Of a stretch of 64,000 nucleotides of DNA, positions 1 through 9,594 are shown piece after piece; the first letter of the stretch is position 1; each line of letters opens with the position of its first letter. Below the pieces are notes generated by a model. It did not search any database, was not told the DNA's origin, and saw only the letters and a list, made by a program, of their open reading frames with translations. Origin of the DNA: an uncultured Actinomycetes bacterium. GTDB taxonomy: Bacteria > Actinomycetota > Acidimicrobiia > Spongiisociales > DATADW01. Both the position numbers and the translations under genes were made by a program. The stretch covers positions 528,326 through 592,325 of the forward strand of contig CAWACT010000003.1 of NCBI GenBank assembly GCA_963780745.1, in the 5' to 3' direction.

Positions 1-872
1 CGGGTCGTCGAAGGTCATGGGAGCGGGCCAGTCGGTGCCGAAGACCACCCGGTCGGCCCCGACCACGTCGATCAGGAAGCGCAGGTTGCGCGGTGTGTAC
101 ACCACCGTGTCGTAGAGAAAGCGCCTGACGTACGAGCTCGGCCGGTCCTGGGTGGCACCGCGCTCGCCGGGCCAGACATCCCACCCCTTGTCGAGCCGGT
201 CGAGGGCGTAGGGCACATAGCCGCCGCCGTGGCACAGGCAGATGGTGAGGCGCGGGTACCGGTCGAGCACCCCCCCGTAGATGAACGAGGCGAAGGTGAT
301 GGTCCTATCCACCAGGTTCCCGATCGAGTTGAGCAGGAAGAACCTTGTTGTCCGGTAGGCGACGACGGTGGGCTGGTACTGGTGCACCAAGAGGAAGACA
401 CCCAGCTCTTCGGCCGCTTCCCACACCGGGTCGAACATCGGTTCGTCGTAGGTGAGACCGTTGACGTGGTCGTCCACCATGAACCCGGTGAGCCCCAGCT
501 CGCCCATCCCGCGGGTCATCTCGGCTACCGCCCGCTCCGGGTCCTGCATGGGGAGGGTGCCAAGCCCCATGAACCGCCGGGGTGATCCCGCACCATCCCG
601 GCGATCTCTTCGTTCGCCTCTCGGGCGATCTGCTCGGTGACCTCTGGCTCTTGGTGGTACTGGTAGAAGACGTCCGTGGGCGAGACGAGTTGGACGTCGA
701 CACGCATCTGGTCCATCGCCTCGATCCGCCTCGCCACGTCCCAGCGGTTCCGCTCGTTGCCGAGCTCGCCATCGGCGCTGGTCATACCGTGCCAGTCGGT
801 GCCATCGACCAGCACCGCCTTCTGGAACCGCTGCAGCGTGCAGTGGCAGTGGACGTCGATGATCAGGCTCAT
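1..872 (-). CDS. amidohydrolase-2 family metal-dependent hydrolase/decarboxylase (ACMSD-like); 3' end runs off the window; one frameshift near 574-582
   Basis: N-terminus MSLIIDVHCH (HxH metal motif) in ORF 525..875. After RDHP the family-like reading continues in another frame to base 1 (RFMGLGTLPMQDPERAVAEM...LCHGGGYVPYALDRLD...VVFGTDWPAP). GGAG lies 6 nt upstream of the ATG at 872. Confidence 0.8.
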
Positions 873-884
873 CAAGGCTCCCGC

Positions 885-1580
885 TCAGTGCCCGTGCATC
901 ATGTGGGTGATACGGGCGGTCCACTCGTGCATGGTGGCCGCAGAGAGGACCCGCATCGCCTCCTGGTACTCCTCCCCCGCCATGAGTCTTTCCGCCACCT
1001 CGGCGTCCGCCAGTTGGACATCGAGGATCCAGTCGAAGTCGGTTCTGAGCGACCCCACCCCGGTCCCGACGGTCACCCGCTCCACTCCGGTGGCGTCCTC
1101 GAGTCGGCGCACCGCATCCATGGCGACGCCCTTCCCCTCCTCGGAAACCTCGTCCTTCCACAAGAACATGGCGGCGTGTCTTACTCGGCCAGGCGTGATC
1201 AGGGGGACATCGCCGTCATACCACCAATCGACCCGCGCCGTCAGCTCCCCCTGGGAGACCTCTGCGTTGTACACCGCGACCTCGTGGTGGACGTCGTCCT
1301 TGTTGTAAGCCTCGAGCCCTGCCTCGTCGGCAAAGTCGAGGTGGAGCGCTACATCGAAGTTGGACGGTGGGCCGGTGGTGGCCGACCGCCAGCGGGGGGT
1401 CCTGTCCCACGGTTTGGTGTCGTAGAGATGCAACGATCCCCCGAAGATGTCGGATCCGAAGTCGATGGCCACCGGCCCGGCGGCGGCGAACCGCATGTAG
1501 GCCGATCCCATCTGCATCCGCTTCATCTCCTCGGGCCCGTTGCCAGGCCTGAGCAAGAAAAGGGCGGAGTGTCTCAGCAC
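885..1580 (-). CDS. tandem Dabb (stress-responsive alpha/beta-barrel) domain protein
   Basis: Two Dabb-like halves (VLRHSALFLLRPG... and VRHAAMFLWKDEV...). GTG at 1580 is preceded by AGGAGGAGG; the longer ORF-track start at 1667 adds an Arg-rich, non-protein-like extension. Confidence 0.7.
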   Translation of the reverse strand: MLRHSALFLLRPGNGPEEMKRMQMGSAYMRFAAAGPVAIDFGSDIFGGSLHLYDTKPWDRTPRWRSATTGPPSNFDVALHLDFADEAGLEAYNKDDVHHEVAVYNAEVSQGELTARVDWWYDGDVPLITPGRVRHAAMFLWKDEVSEEGKGVAMDAVRRLEDATGVERVTVGTGVGSLRTDFDWILDVQLADAEVAERLMAGEEYQEAMRVLSAATMHEWTARITHMMHGH

Positions 1581-1623
1581 GTGGTTCCTCCTCCTGGGAT
1601 CGTTGGTTGTCGAAGAGGCGCGG

Positions 1624-2360
1624 TCACGCCTCGACCATCGGCGCTTCCATCTCCTCGAACAACTCAAGGATCTCCGCCTGCAGGATCGCCACCGCGTGGT
1701 CGGTCTGGAGCCGTGGGAAGGGGAGATCGATGGTCAGGTCGCGGAAGACGACACCTTGGCTGCTCATCATGATGACGCGGCTCGACAACAGGACCGCTTC
1801 CATCACGTCGTGGGTCACGAACAGGATGGTGGACTCGGTGGCGAGCCACAGCCGCTGCAACTCTGCCGTAGGTCGCGTGCCGTTATCGCATCCAGATGGC
1901 TGAACGGCTCGTCCATCAACAGCAGATCCGGCTCGATCGAAAGCGCCCTGGCGATACCCACCCGCTGCTGCATCCCACCCGATAGCTGGCCGGGGTACAT
2001 GCCGGCGCTTCCGTCGAGGTTGACCAGCGACAGGTAGCGCTTTCCGTGGTCGCTCCGCTCTTCGTTCGAGCCTTCGTCGAGCACATACTCCATGTTCTGG
2101 AGGACCGTCTTCCAGGGCAGCAAACGAGGATCCTGGAACACGTACCCAACGCGCGCCTCGCCCTCGTCGCGACCGATCACCTGAAGGGTGCCGCCGCTGG
2201 GCCGCTCGATCCCGGACACCATGTTGAGGAAGGTGGTCTTCCCGCACCCCGACGGCCCCACCAGGGTCACGAAGGTGTGCCCCTCGGCCTGGAAGCTGAT
2301 GTTGCGCAGGGCCACAACCGCTTCCTGGCCCGCCCGGGTGGGAGCGAAGACCTTTTTCAC
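1624..2360 (-). CDS. ABC transporter ATP-binding protein, NitT/TauT (nitrate/sulfonate/taurine) type; one frameshift near 1866
   Basis: Walker A GPSGCGKTT, signature LSGGMQQRV and Walker B LLLMDEP in ORF 1815..2801. The H-loop part (LWLATESTILFVTHD) is in ORF 1624..2391. The start is taken as the in-frame GTG at 2360 (MKKVFAPTRAGQEAVVALRNISF) and is uncertain. Confidence 0.8.
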
Positions 2361-2397
2361 CTCTTGGGCGATCAGCCGGGCCAAGCGCCACCTCCCG

Positions 2398-3231
2398 TCA
2401 TGCCGACCACTCTTGTCCTCCCACCCTCCAGGCGCGCGCCCGATGCACCACGCACGGTCCATCACCAGGCGGTCGAAGGCGAGGATGATGACCATCATCA
2501 CCACGCCCCAGGCCATCATCCCCTCGAAGCTGCGAGCGTCGTACCAGTAGTGGGCGCGGAACCCGACCCCCTGGTCGTTGCCGAACCACTCGGTGAGAAG
2601 CACGGCACCCCACGCTGCCAGCACCGCCGATCGGAACCCGGCAGCGATGTACTCCATCATCGACGGGATCACGAGCCAGCGGACCTGGCGCCTGAGTAGA
2701 CACCCGGTAGGCATCGGACATCGCGAGCAGCTTGCCGGGGGTGGCCGTCGCCCCTTGATAGGTGGAGACGATGAGCTGAGGAGTAGCCGAAATGATGGCA
2801 ACGAAGATCGGGCCGATGTTGCTGAATCCCCACCACATGACAGCGAGCAGCGCCCAGATGAACGCCGGCAGCGTGATCCCCACTAGGACCAGATCGGCGA
2901 GGAAGTAGCGGACCCGCCACCAGCGCGCCATTGCGACACCGGTTGCGGTCCCGAGCAACAGCACCACCGTAAGGGCGATCGTCACCCGGACCAAGCTGAT
3001 GCCGATATTGGGGAACACCTCGCCCCGTTGGAACTCTTCGATGAGGAAACCAAAGGTGGCCACCGGCGTCGGGATGTCGGCAAACACAGTTCCCGCCAGC
3101 TGCCACATCAAGACGAAGAGGATCCGGGCTGTCCAGCGAGCGGCACGATCCGAGGTGAGCCAGTGGTACCAGGGCCGAGGCTCGGGCTCGAGGGCGAGTT
3201 CGGGGTGGTCGGCGACCGCTGCGCTGGTCAC
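2398..3231 (-). CDS. ABC transporter permease, NitT/TauT type; frameshift near 2700 and probably a second near 2455
   Basis: The TM-rich N-terminal two thirds are in ORF 2398..3231. The C-terminal TM segments (WLVIPSMMEYIAAGFRSAVLAAWGAVLLTEWF...MMVIILAFDRLVMDR) lie in the frame of ORF 1815..2801. GTGA overlap with the upstream permease stop at 3228-3231. Confidence 0.75.
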   Translation of the reverse strand: MTSAAVADHPELALEPEPRPWYHWLTSDRAARWTARILFVLMWQLAGTVFADIPTPVATFGFLIEEFQRGEVFPNIGISLVRVTIALTVVLLLGTATGVAMARWWRVRYFLADLVLVGITLPAFIWALLAVMWWGFSNIGPIFVAIISATPQLIVSTYQGATATPGKLLAMSDAYRVSTQAPGPLARDPVDDGVHRCRVPIGGAGSVGCRASHRVVRQRPGGRVPRPLLVRRSQLRGDDGLGRGDDGHHPRLRPPGDGPCVVHRARAWRVGGQEWSA

Positions 3232-4074
3232 GTGCGGGCAGCCTTCGCCCCCACTGGGTCACGCCATGCGAAAACCCGGCGTTCGGCCGGGGCGATGAGA
3301 AAGCGCTCCACAGCGATCACGAAGATCACAAAGAAGAACATCCAGGCGAGGGCGTTGACCACCGAGAAGATCTGGAACGCCTTCTCCAACTGGTAACCGA
3401 CCCCCAGATACCCGCCGAAGGTCTCGGCCAGGGCGGCCAGCTTCCACGAGTTGGCGAACGAGACCCGGCCACTGGCGAAGAGGAAAGGGACGACTGAGGG
3501 GAAGACGATCGCCCGGGCTGTCTGCCGCGAGGTCCTCCGGAAGGACCGGCTCATGGCCAACAGCCCGCGGTCTACCGATTCCACGCCTGCGGCCACGTTG
3601 AGGGCGATCCCGGTGAAAGCCTCCAGGGCGACAACGAACGCCGGTCCCCAAGGGCTGATCCCAAAGACGATCAAGGCGATCACCGCGTAGACCAGCAGCG
3701 GCACGTTGGCGAACAGGTAGACGAAGTCGTGGAAGAAGGCGCGGGCGTAGCGGTAGCGGCCCATTGCCAGCCCGATTGGGATACCGATGGCCAGCGCCAT
3801 CGCCCACCCTGCCATCGTCTTGACGAAGCTCGCCCCGAAGTTGATGAACACTTCGCCGGTGATCACCAGGCTCCACATCTCGGCAGCCACCGCCCACGGC
3901 GAGGGGAGCACGTACGGCTCGAAGACGAATGCCGAGAAGAGCGCCCAGATCCCAATGAACGCGACCATCCCGAGGACCGACCAGAGCAGTCTGTCGCGCG
4001 GGGCGCCGGCCCGCCACGAGGGTGTCGATGGCCTCCTGCTCGATTTCCTCGAGGCTCTTCTCGACGGTTGTCAT
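3228..4074 (-). CDS. ABC transporter permease, NitT/TauT type; frameshift in the G4/C4 run at 4000-4003
   Basis: ORF 3228..3968 is an almost complete permease but lacks a start for its first TM helix. The ATG at 4074 (AGGAG upstream, MTTVEKSLEEIEQEAIDTLVAGR) joins it if one C is removed (..RRPRDRLLWSVLGMVAFIGIW). Confidence 0.8.
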
Positions 4075-4155
4075 GGACTCCTATTGGGTTCTCGCGTCGA
4101 GCTCCAACGACCTATTGACCGGACGCCCGGCCCGGCCAGACCCGGCGACTCCTGA

Positions 4156-5226
4156 TCAGGTGCCTTCGGGGCAGGGAGAGTCATCGGGGGGTTCCAGCGT
4201 TTCGTGGCGGGGAAACTCGGCGTCCTCGGGAACTATCCCGGCCTCCTGCACCAAGTCGAAGACGGGTTCCTCCCCCTCGATCCACTCCTCGGTCAGGTAG
4301 GGGCTCTCGACAAACCAGTCGAAGGTGTTGGCCATGTAGTCCTTGATGAACTGTGCCTGCGACTCGTCGTCCACTGCGAAATGTTGCGGGTAGGTGTCGA
4401 TGATCTCGTCGCGGTGCTCGGCCCACTGCACCATGGCACAGTCCCACACCTCGAGGAAGAAGGCGGCAGCCTCGGGGTTGGCGTCGAACCAGGCCGCCCT
4501 CGAGACGAAGGCGTTGGAGAGAACGCCCTCGTGGCCCGGGACGATGTTCTCCCCGTAGAGCTGGGACGCCGATTTCCCGTCATACATCACGGTCAGATCG
4601 CCCGACGCCATCGCAGGGATTACCTGGGTGGGATCGAGGATCCCGGCACACGCCTCGCCCTCCTGGAGGAGGGTGGGGATCACCTGGTAGTCGGCGGTGA
4701 CGATTCCGATGTCGTCGGAGCCCTCGGCCACCTCTCGACCGTCGAGCTCGTTGATCAGCGAGGCCCAGATGATGGTGTTGCCGGTGACCGACTCTGTGGC
4801 GATCCGGCACCCTTCCGGAAAGTCCGAGGCCGTCTGGTATGACGGGTCGGCGGTGACCAGCACGTCCTTGTTCATGTTGAACTGCCCGAACGTCGCCGTG
4901 TCGATCCCCTGCTCTTCCAGCAGCGGGGTCTCATATGTCCCTGTTGAGATGACGTCGGCGTGACCGCCGGCGAAGGTGGCGAACTCGTCCCAGGTGGCAA
5001 GTTGGAGGATCCGGAAACCGGACTCCTGCTCCATCGTCTCCAGTATCCCCTGATCCTTCATCCAGTCCCACGCCGGGTCGGGGGCGAAGGTGAACCGGAT
5101 GACGTCGGATTCCTCCCCTGCGGCCTCGCCGGACACGGTCGTTTCGGTTCCGCCGCTCTGGCCCCCGCAAGCCGCCGCCACCAGCGCCATTAGGGCGACC
5201 ATGGCCGTCAGAGTTCTCCGGGACAT
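4156..5226 (-). CDS. ABC transporter substrate-binding lipoprotein (SsuA/NMT1-like fold)
   Basis: Lipoprotein signal MSRRTLTAMVALMALVAAACGG at the internal ATG at 5226. The gene heads the permease/ATPase genes. Confidence 0.75.
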   Translation of the reverse strand: MSRRTLTAMVALMALVAAACGGQSGGTETTVSGEAAGEESDVIRFTFAPDPAWDWMKDQGILETMEQESGFRILQLATWDEFATFAGGHADVISTGTYETPLLEEQGIDTATFGQFNMNKDVLVTADPSYQTASDFPEGCRIATESVTGNTIIWASLINELDGREVAEGSDDIGIVTADYQVIPTLLQEGEACAGILDPTQVIPAMASGDLTVMYDGKSASQLYGENIVPGHEGVLSNAFVSRAAWFDANPEAAAFFLEVWDCAMVQWAEHRDEIIDTYPQHFAVDDESQAQFIKDYMANTFDWFVESPYLTEEWIEGEEPVFDLVQEAGIVPEDAEFPRHETLEPPDDSPCPEGT

Positions 5227-5260
5227 CCTGACCTCCCGTGGAAATTCGGTCCGATCCGGC

Positions 5261-5290
5261 ACTCTATAGGATGTCTGAATCGGCTTGCCA
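5261..5290 (-). promoter_or_regulatory. possible sigma-70 type promoter for the ABC importer operon
   Basis: Minus strand reads TGGCAA-N18-TAGAGT, ending about 35 nt upstream of the ATG at 5226. Confidence 0.25.
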
Positions 5291-5336
5291 CGGATGCGCA
5301 CCAATGTTTGCAGGCGTTGGTCTGCGCTGCACGGCA

Positions 5337-6107
5337 TCACCCGGCAGGAAGTGACTCCCGGAGGCTGCGCTCGATCTCGACCAACCCGTCGAGATAGTTG
5401 TCCAGGTCCTCACGGAGCACCTTGACCTGCTCGGAGGCCCGCTGCTCCGCTCCGCTCCCTGGTGCGCCCAGCGCCAGCCCGGCGGTCTTGACAGCAAGCG
5501 TGTCGATCCCGGTGATGGTCGACGCCACCTGGGCCAACGTCTCGTTGCGACGCCGCCGCACCGTCTCCACCACTTCCATTTGCTCGCGCAGCTCAGCGGC
5601 GACCGCCGACCCGGGGTCGATCGCCTCGAGACGCTGGTCGAGTCCCTGGGCGCCCACCGTGTCGAGGAACTCGTCAGCCTTCTGCGACCAGAGCACCGAG
5701 TCGTATAGCTGACGGCAGACGTCGTCGACGCGGACCTTCATCCCGGCGATACCGGTGTCGCCTGGGAGGTCGCTTGTGGCTTCTCCCAACCGGTCACGTG
5801 CCGCCAGCGCCGAGGCCATGTAGCGGAGGTGCTCCTCGTCGAGCACGGTGAGGTCACGGTCGAACTGCGGTGCCAGCAACGAGCCCACCAGCTTGGGGTC
5901 GCGCAGGTGGAGGATCACCGACGTGATCCAGGCCGCGATCCCGGCGCCGATTGCCCACGGCAGGGTCACGATGCCGGTCAGCAACCCCAGGGCAGCCAAC
6001 GCTCCCCCGGTGACGAGGCCGGCAGGTGAGACGGTGGCCTTGGCCAGGATCCGGCCCCGGCGAACCCGGGGGTCGTTGCGGAAGACGGTGGAGAATCGCT
6101 CGCTCAA
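5337..6107 (-). CDS. hypothetical membrane protein (two predicted TM helices, long helical C-terminal domain)
   Basis: The TTG at 6107 overlaps the stop of the upstream VWA gene (TTGA). Hydrophobic segments GLVTGGALAALGLLTGIVTL and WAIGAGIAAWITSVILHL are followed by a charged helical region. The ORF-track N-terminal extension overlaps the VWA gene. Confidence 0.55.
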   Translation of the reverse strand: MSERFSTVFRNDPRVRRGRILAKATVSPAGLVTGGALAALGLLTGIVTLPWAIGAGIAAWITSVILHLRDPKLVGSLLAPQFDRDLTVLDEEHLRYMASALAARDRLGEATSDLPGDTGIAGMKVRVDDVCRQLYDSVLWSQKADEFLDTVGAQGLDQRLEAIDPGSAVAAELREQMEVVETVRRRRNETLAQVASTITGIDTLAVKTAGLALGAPGSGAEQRASEQVKVLREDLDNYLDGLVEIERSLRESLPAG

Positions 6108-7886
6108 AAGTTCGAGATGACCGACTGGAAGACGCGCTCGATGGTGAGCGGGTCGGTGGCCAGGTAGAGGCGAGCCGACGTGGCATCGGCGATCGCCTGA
6201 AGTGCTTCCACATCGGCGTCCTCGCCGTATGCGACAGGAAAGACCCTCACCGTCTCGCGCTCGCTCGACCCGAGGAACTCGATAAGCGGATCGAGCTCGC
6301 AGCCGGGCGGGTCGTCCTCGCACATCCCGTCGCTGAGGAGGACCACGGCGTTGATCTTGCTCGGATCGAGCTCGTCACGCACTGCCTGCACGGTCGCCGC
6401 GGTGGAGTCGTACAGCCCCGTCCCGCCATCGGCAATGAGGCCCCGCACGGACTGCTCGATGGCTCCCCACGTGTCGCGCAGCGGTCCGGGTGGGACCAGT
6501 TCGATGTAGTCACGCTCCCCGTCAAGGAAGGTGGAGAAAACCCAGAGTCCCACCTCATCCTGCGGCTGGAACTCATCAAGGCTCCCGAGGACCGCTTCTT
6601 TTGCCAGGTCGAGCTTGGTGAACCCCTCACCCCCCAGGTCGCCCATCGAGCCGCTCACGTCGAGCAGCATGATGACCCTCGCCCTCTTGCGGTATTGCTC
6701 CCAGCTGTCGATCAGCCCGACCAGCACCTCAGGGGCGGGAAGCTCGAGCTCGGTCTCGGGCTGCGACGGGTTGAGACCGTTGGCGCTGTTGATCGGATCG
6801 CCCACGGGAACAGCGGGATTCCCTGGACGGAAGCCAAACTCGAGCACCTTCGCTTGGTTCTCCGGGTCCTCGACCACGGACTGGCGAAAGGCGAGAGCCG
6901 CCTCGCGCTGCACCTCGTCGACCCAGGGAGCGTCGAGCACATAGGCCGGGTTGTCCGAGAAGAGAGTCCCTTCCTTGGGATACACCGCCACCAACGGCAC
7001 ATTTGGCGGCTCGAGTCCCTCGTCGCCGGTGTCTGCTGGATCGCCGCGGTTGTAGGCGAGGATGCTGACTTCCTCGACGGCAACCGCCGACACATAGCTC
7101 AGGGGCCTCCCGGCCAGATCCTCGCGCAGCATGTTGTCGAGGAAAGTGAGAGTGGTGTCCCCGTAGTGGACAACCGACTCTTCGACCCCGGTGACGAACT
7201 CCCTCACCTGCGTCGACCCCACGTCGTCCAGTGTGAGCCCCGATGTCTTGCCGGTGGCGCCGTAGAAGGTGGCGACCGTGGCCGACAGACCCGATGTCGA
7301 GAAGTTCGGATTGGTCTTACCGAGACGGAACGGCCCCCACTCCGGGTGGCCGAACGCACCCCAGCCATCGGGGTCTCTAGACAGCTCGAGGACGTCTCCC
7401 CATCCAATCTCGGCCTCGGGCCAGCCGAGCGCCTCCGCCATCGGGCGGGGCATCCCAAGGACCAGCGGGGTGAGCATGATCCGCTCGAAATCGTTGGCGA
7501 TTGGTTCTTCGCCCGCCTCGCTCAGCCTCTGGTTGACGATCGAACCCCAACTCGAGGCGGCGGGGCTCCACAACACGGGGGGCGGTCCTTCGGGGATGCC
7601 CTCAGGCCACCCGGCCGACAGGAGGTTCGCCGCTACACCCGAGGAGACCCGGTAAACGGTGACGGACGCGCACTGCCCGTCGACCTCGAACCCTGTTGCG
7701 TTGAACTCGGCGGCGAGATCGGTGAGGAGGGTGAATTTCTCCGGTGAGGTGGCGACCGGCACCTCGACACACCCGGCGGCAACGGTCGGGACGCCCCCCG
7801 AGACGGTGGTGTCGCTGGAACCTGCGGTACAGGCGACCGACGAGCAGCAGCGCGACCAGGAACGATCGGTGGGCGAGTGACCTCAT
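6104..7886 (-). CDS. substrate-binding domain + von Willebrand factor A domain lipoprotein; frameshift near 7837
   Basis: MIDAS motif LLDVSGSM and a VWA C-terminal half; the N-terminal half resembles a periplasmic-binding fold. The signal/lipobox (MRSLAHRSFLVALLL..VACTAGSS) lies in ORF 7602..7886 and joins after a 1-nt correction. Confidence 0.8.
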
Positions 7887-7893
7887 TGCGGTG

Positions 7894-8843
7894 TCATTGT
7901 GTCAGGTCTTGCCAGCTGTCGAGAAGCGACTGCCTGGTGGCGTCGTCGAGCGGCGGCGACGGCTCGCCTGGCTGCCCGAGCCCCTCGGGTAGCTCACCAG
8001 GTTCGCCGCTGGGCGGTCGAAGCCCGGCTGGCCCTAGCAACGCGGCGATCTCGGGTTCGAGCAGACGCTCGGCGATTCGCCGGGCATCGGACCCTCCCCC
8101 AGGCGCCACCACGTAACTCACCCATGGGGCCGGGTCGGGGTAGGTGACCACCAACCGGCCACCACGGCCGGGTGCATTGGCCAATTGCGAGGCGATGGCC
8201 ACCTCGGTGGTGACCGCGGCATCGGCGCGGCTCGGCCCGAAGAGCACCATGTCGGCCATCAGCCGGCCATCGTCGGCAGCAACGAGGCGGAGGCTGTCCC
8301 CGAGCCCTTCGGGCGTCCCGTCCCCAGCCAAGGCGCTCCACCCAGCAAACCCGGCCTCGGTGAGCGTTGGATCGGCCAACCCGAGCTTGAAGATCCCCCA
8401 ACTGTCGCTCCCCCCAGCTCCGACCAGGTCTGTCCCAGTGCTCCTTCCACACAGGCGAGGTCGGGATCCCCTCCGCAACCCGAAGCGAGCACATTCGCCC
8501 GCTCCAGCCACACCGCCACTGCGATCGGGGATCTGGCGAGCTCACCCGAACTCACGAGCCCGTCGGGAAGGTCTTCGGGAGGTGCCACCAGCACCTCGTC
8601 CTCGGAGATCGGGTCGCCTGCGGTCCAGGTGCGCACCGCAGCATCAACCTCCCCGCCGAGCGAGTCGCACGCCGCCCGCAGAGCCAGCGGGCAAGCCAGG
8701 GTTACATCAGCTGCCGCCGGTGGCCCGGTAGCCGTGGTGGTCGTACCGTCATCTGGAGCAGTGATGCGTGGTATCGCCCATCCCACGACAAGGACCAGAC
8801 CGCCGACGATGGCGGCTACAAGGGCAGCCCGCCACCCGCTCAC
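7894..8843 (-). CDS. membrane-anchored hypothetical protein, periplasmic-binding-like; frameshift in the C6 run at 8410-8415
   Basis: N-terminal TM (WRAALVAAIVGGLVLVVGWAI) is in ORF 8259..8843. The reading continues (SDSWGIFKLGLADPTLTEAGFAGW...) in ORF 7894..8511. Confidence 0.6.
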
Positions 8844-8955
8844 CCGCCACCATCGATCCGCATTGAGCTAGCGATGGTACCGGGATCGGTGTGGCGACTC
8901 TCGTTGCCAAGCCCGGCGGTACGGGTACCGTCGGCCCAACCGTGGAGGCGGCGGC

Positions 8956-9591
8956 TTGTTCTCAGACCTGATCGGATGGATCGAATCGCTCGCCGCCGCG
9001 CCCTGGTTCCCGTTCCTGGTGCTGGCGATTGCGCTGCTCGATGCCATCTTCCCCATCGTCCCCAGCGAGACCGCAGTCATCACCGGTGGCGTGGCCGCCG
9101 GCTACGGCGAACAATCGCTGTGGGTCATCATCGCTGCCGGGGCGTTGGGAGCGTTCATCGGTGACAACCTCGCCTATCAGATCGGCCGGTCCGGCTCGTC
9201 GTGGGTGCGGAGACGTGCCTCCGGCCGGATGCATTCCAGAATCGACTGGGCGTCTGAACAGCTCCGCAAACGCGGCGGGCCACTGCTGGTGACGGCGCGG
9301 TTCATCCCCGGAGGCCGCAGTGCTGTCACCCTGGCCTCGGGGCTAACCCATCAGTCCCGGGGGCGGTTCGCAGCCTGGGTGGCGCTCGCCGGGCTGCTTT
9401 GGGCTGCGTATGGCGCCCTGCTCGGATATTTCTTCGGAGAGCGGTTCCAGGACAACCACACCGCTGCCTTCCTGTTGGCGTTCGGCGCCGCGCTGGCCGT
9501 GGCCCTGGTGATCGAGGTTGTTCGACGTGTGTTGGAGCGTCGCAACGAACCCGACGAGGCGGCCGATTCGGAGCCGATGAAGACCGATTGA
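8956..9591 (+). CDS. DedA/SNARE-associated family membrane protein
   Basis: Typical DedA features: LLDAIFPIVPSETAVITGG, GDNLAYQIGR, LLVTARFIPGGRS. TTG start, not verified. Confidence 0.8.
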   Translation: MFSDLIGWIESLAAAPWFPFLVLAIALLDAIFPIVPSETAVITGGVAAGYGEQSLWVIIAAGALGAFIGDNLAYQIGRSGSSWVRRRASGRMHSRIDWASEQLRKRGGPLLVTARFIPGGRSAVTLASGLTHQSRGRFAAWVALAGLLWAAYGALLGYFFGERFQDNHTAAFLLAFGAALAVALVIEVVRRVLERRNEPDEAADSEPMKTD

Positions 9592-9594
9592 GCG

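Noticed and set aside
1815-2801. Apparent permease::ATPase fusion ORF
   Set aside because: It arises because frameshifts put the permease C-terminus and the ATPase N-terminus in one open frame. A plausible permease stop (2398) with an ATGA/GTG restart context and an in-frame GTG at 2360 argue for two separate genes.
5227-5336. TPP or other riboswitch in front of the NMT1/SsuA-like binding-protein gene
   Set aside because: No CUGAGA/ACCUGA-type TPP core or other recognisable aptamer motif is present. The region is better explained as a simple promoter plus short leader.
6026-7747. 573-aa plus-strand ORF, with similar long ORFs at 582..1772, 15226..16539, 25869..27182, 38274..39917 and 56629..58041
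   Set aside because: All lie antisense to, or out of frame with, genes that have clear family signatures. Their translations are Arg/Gly/Pro/His-rich low-complexity strings typical of stop-poor alternative frames in GC-rich DNA. No motif is recognisable.
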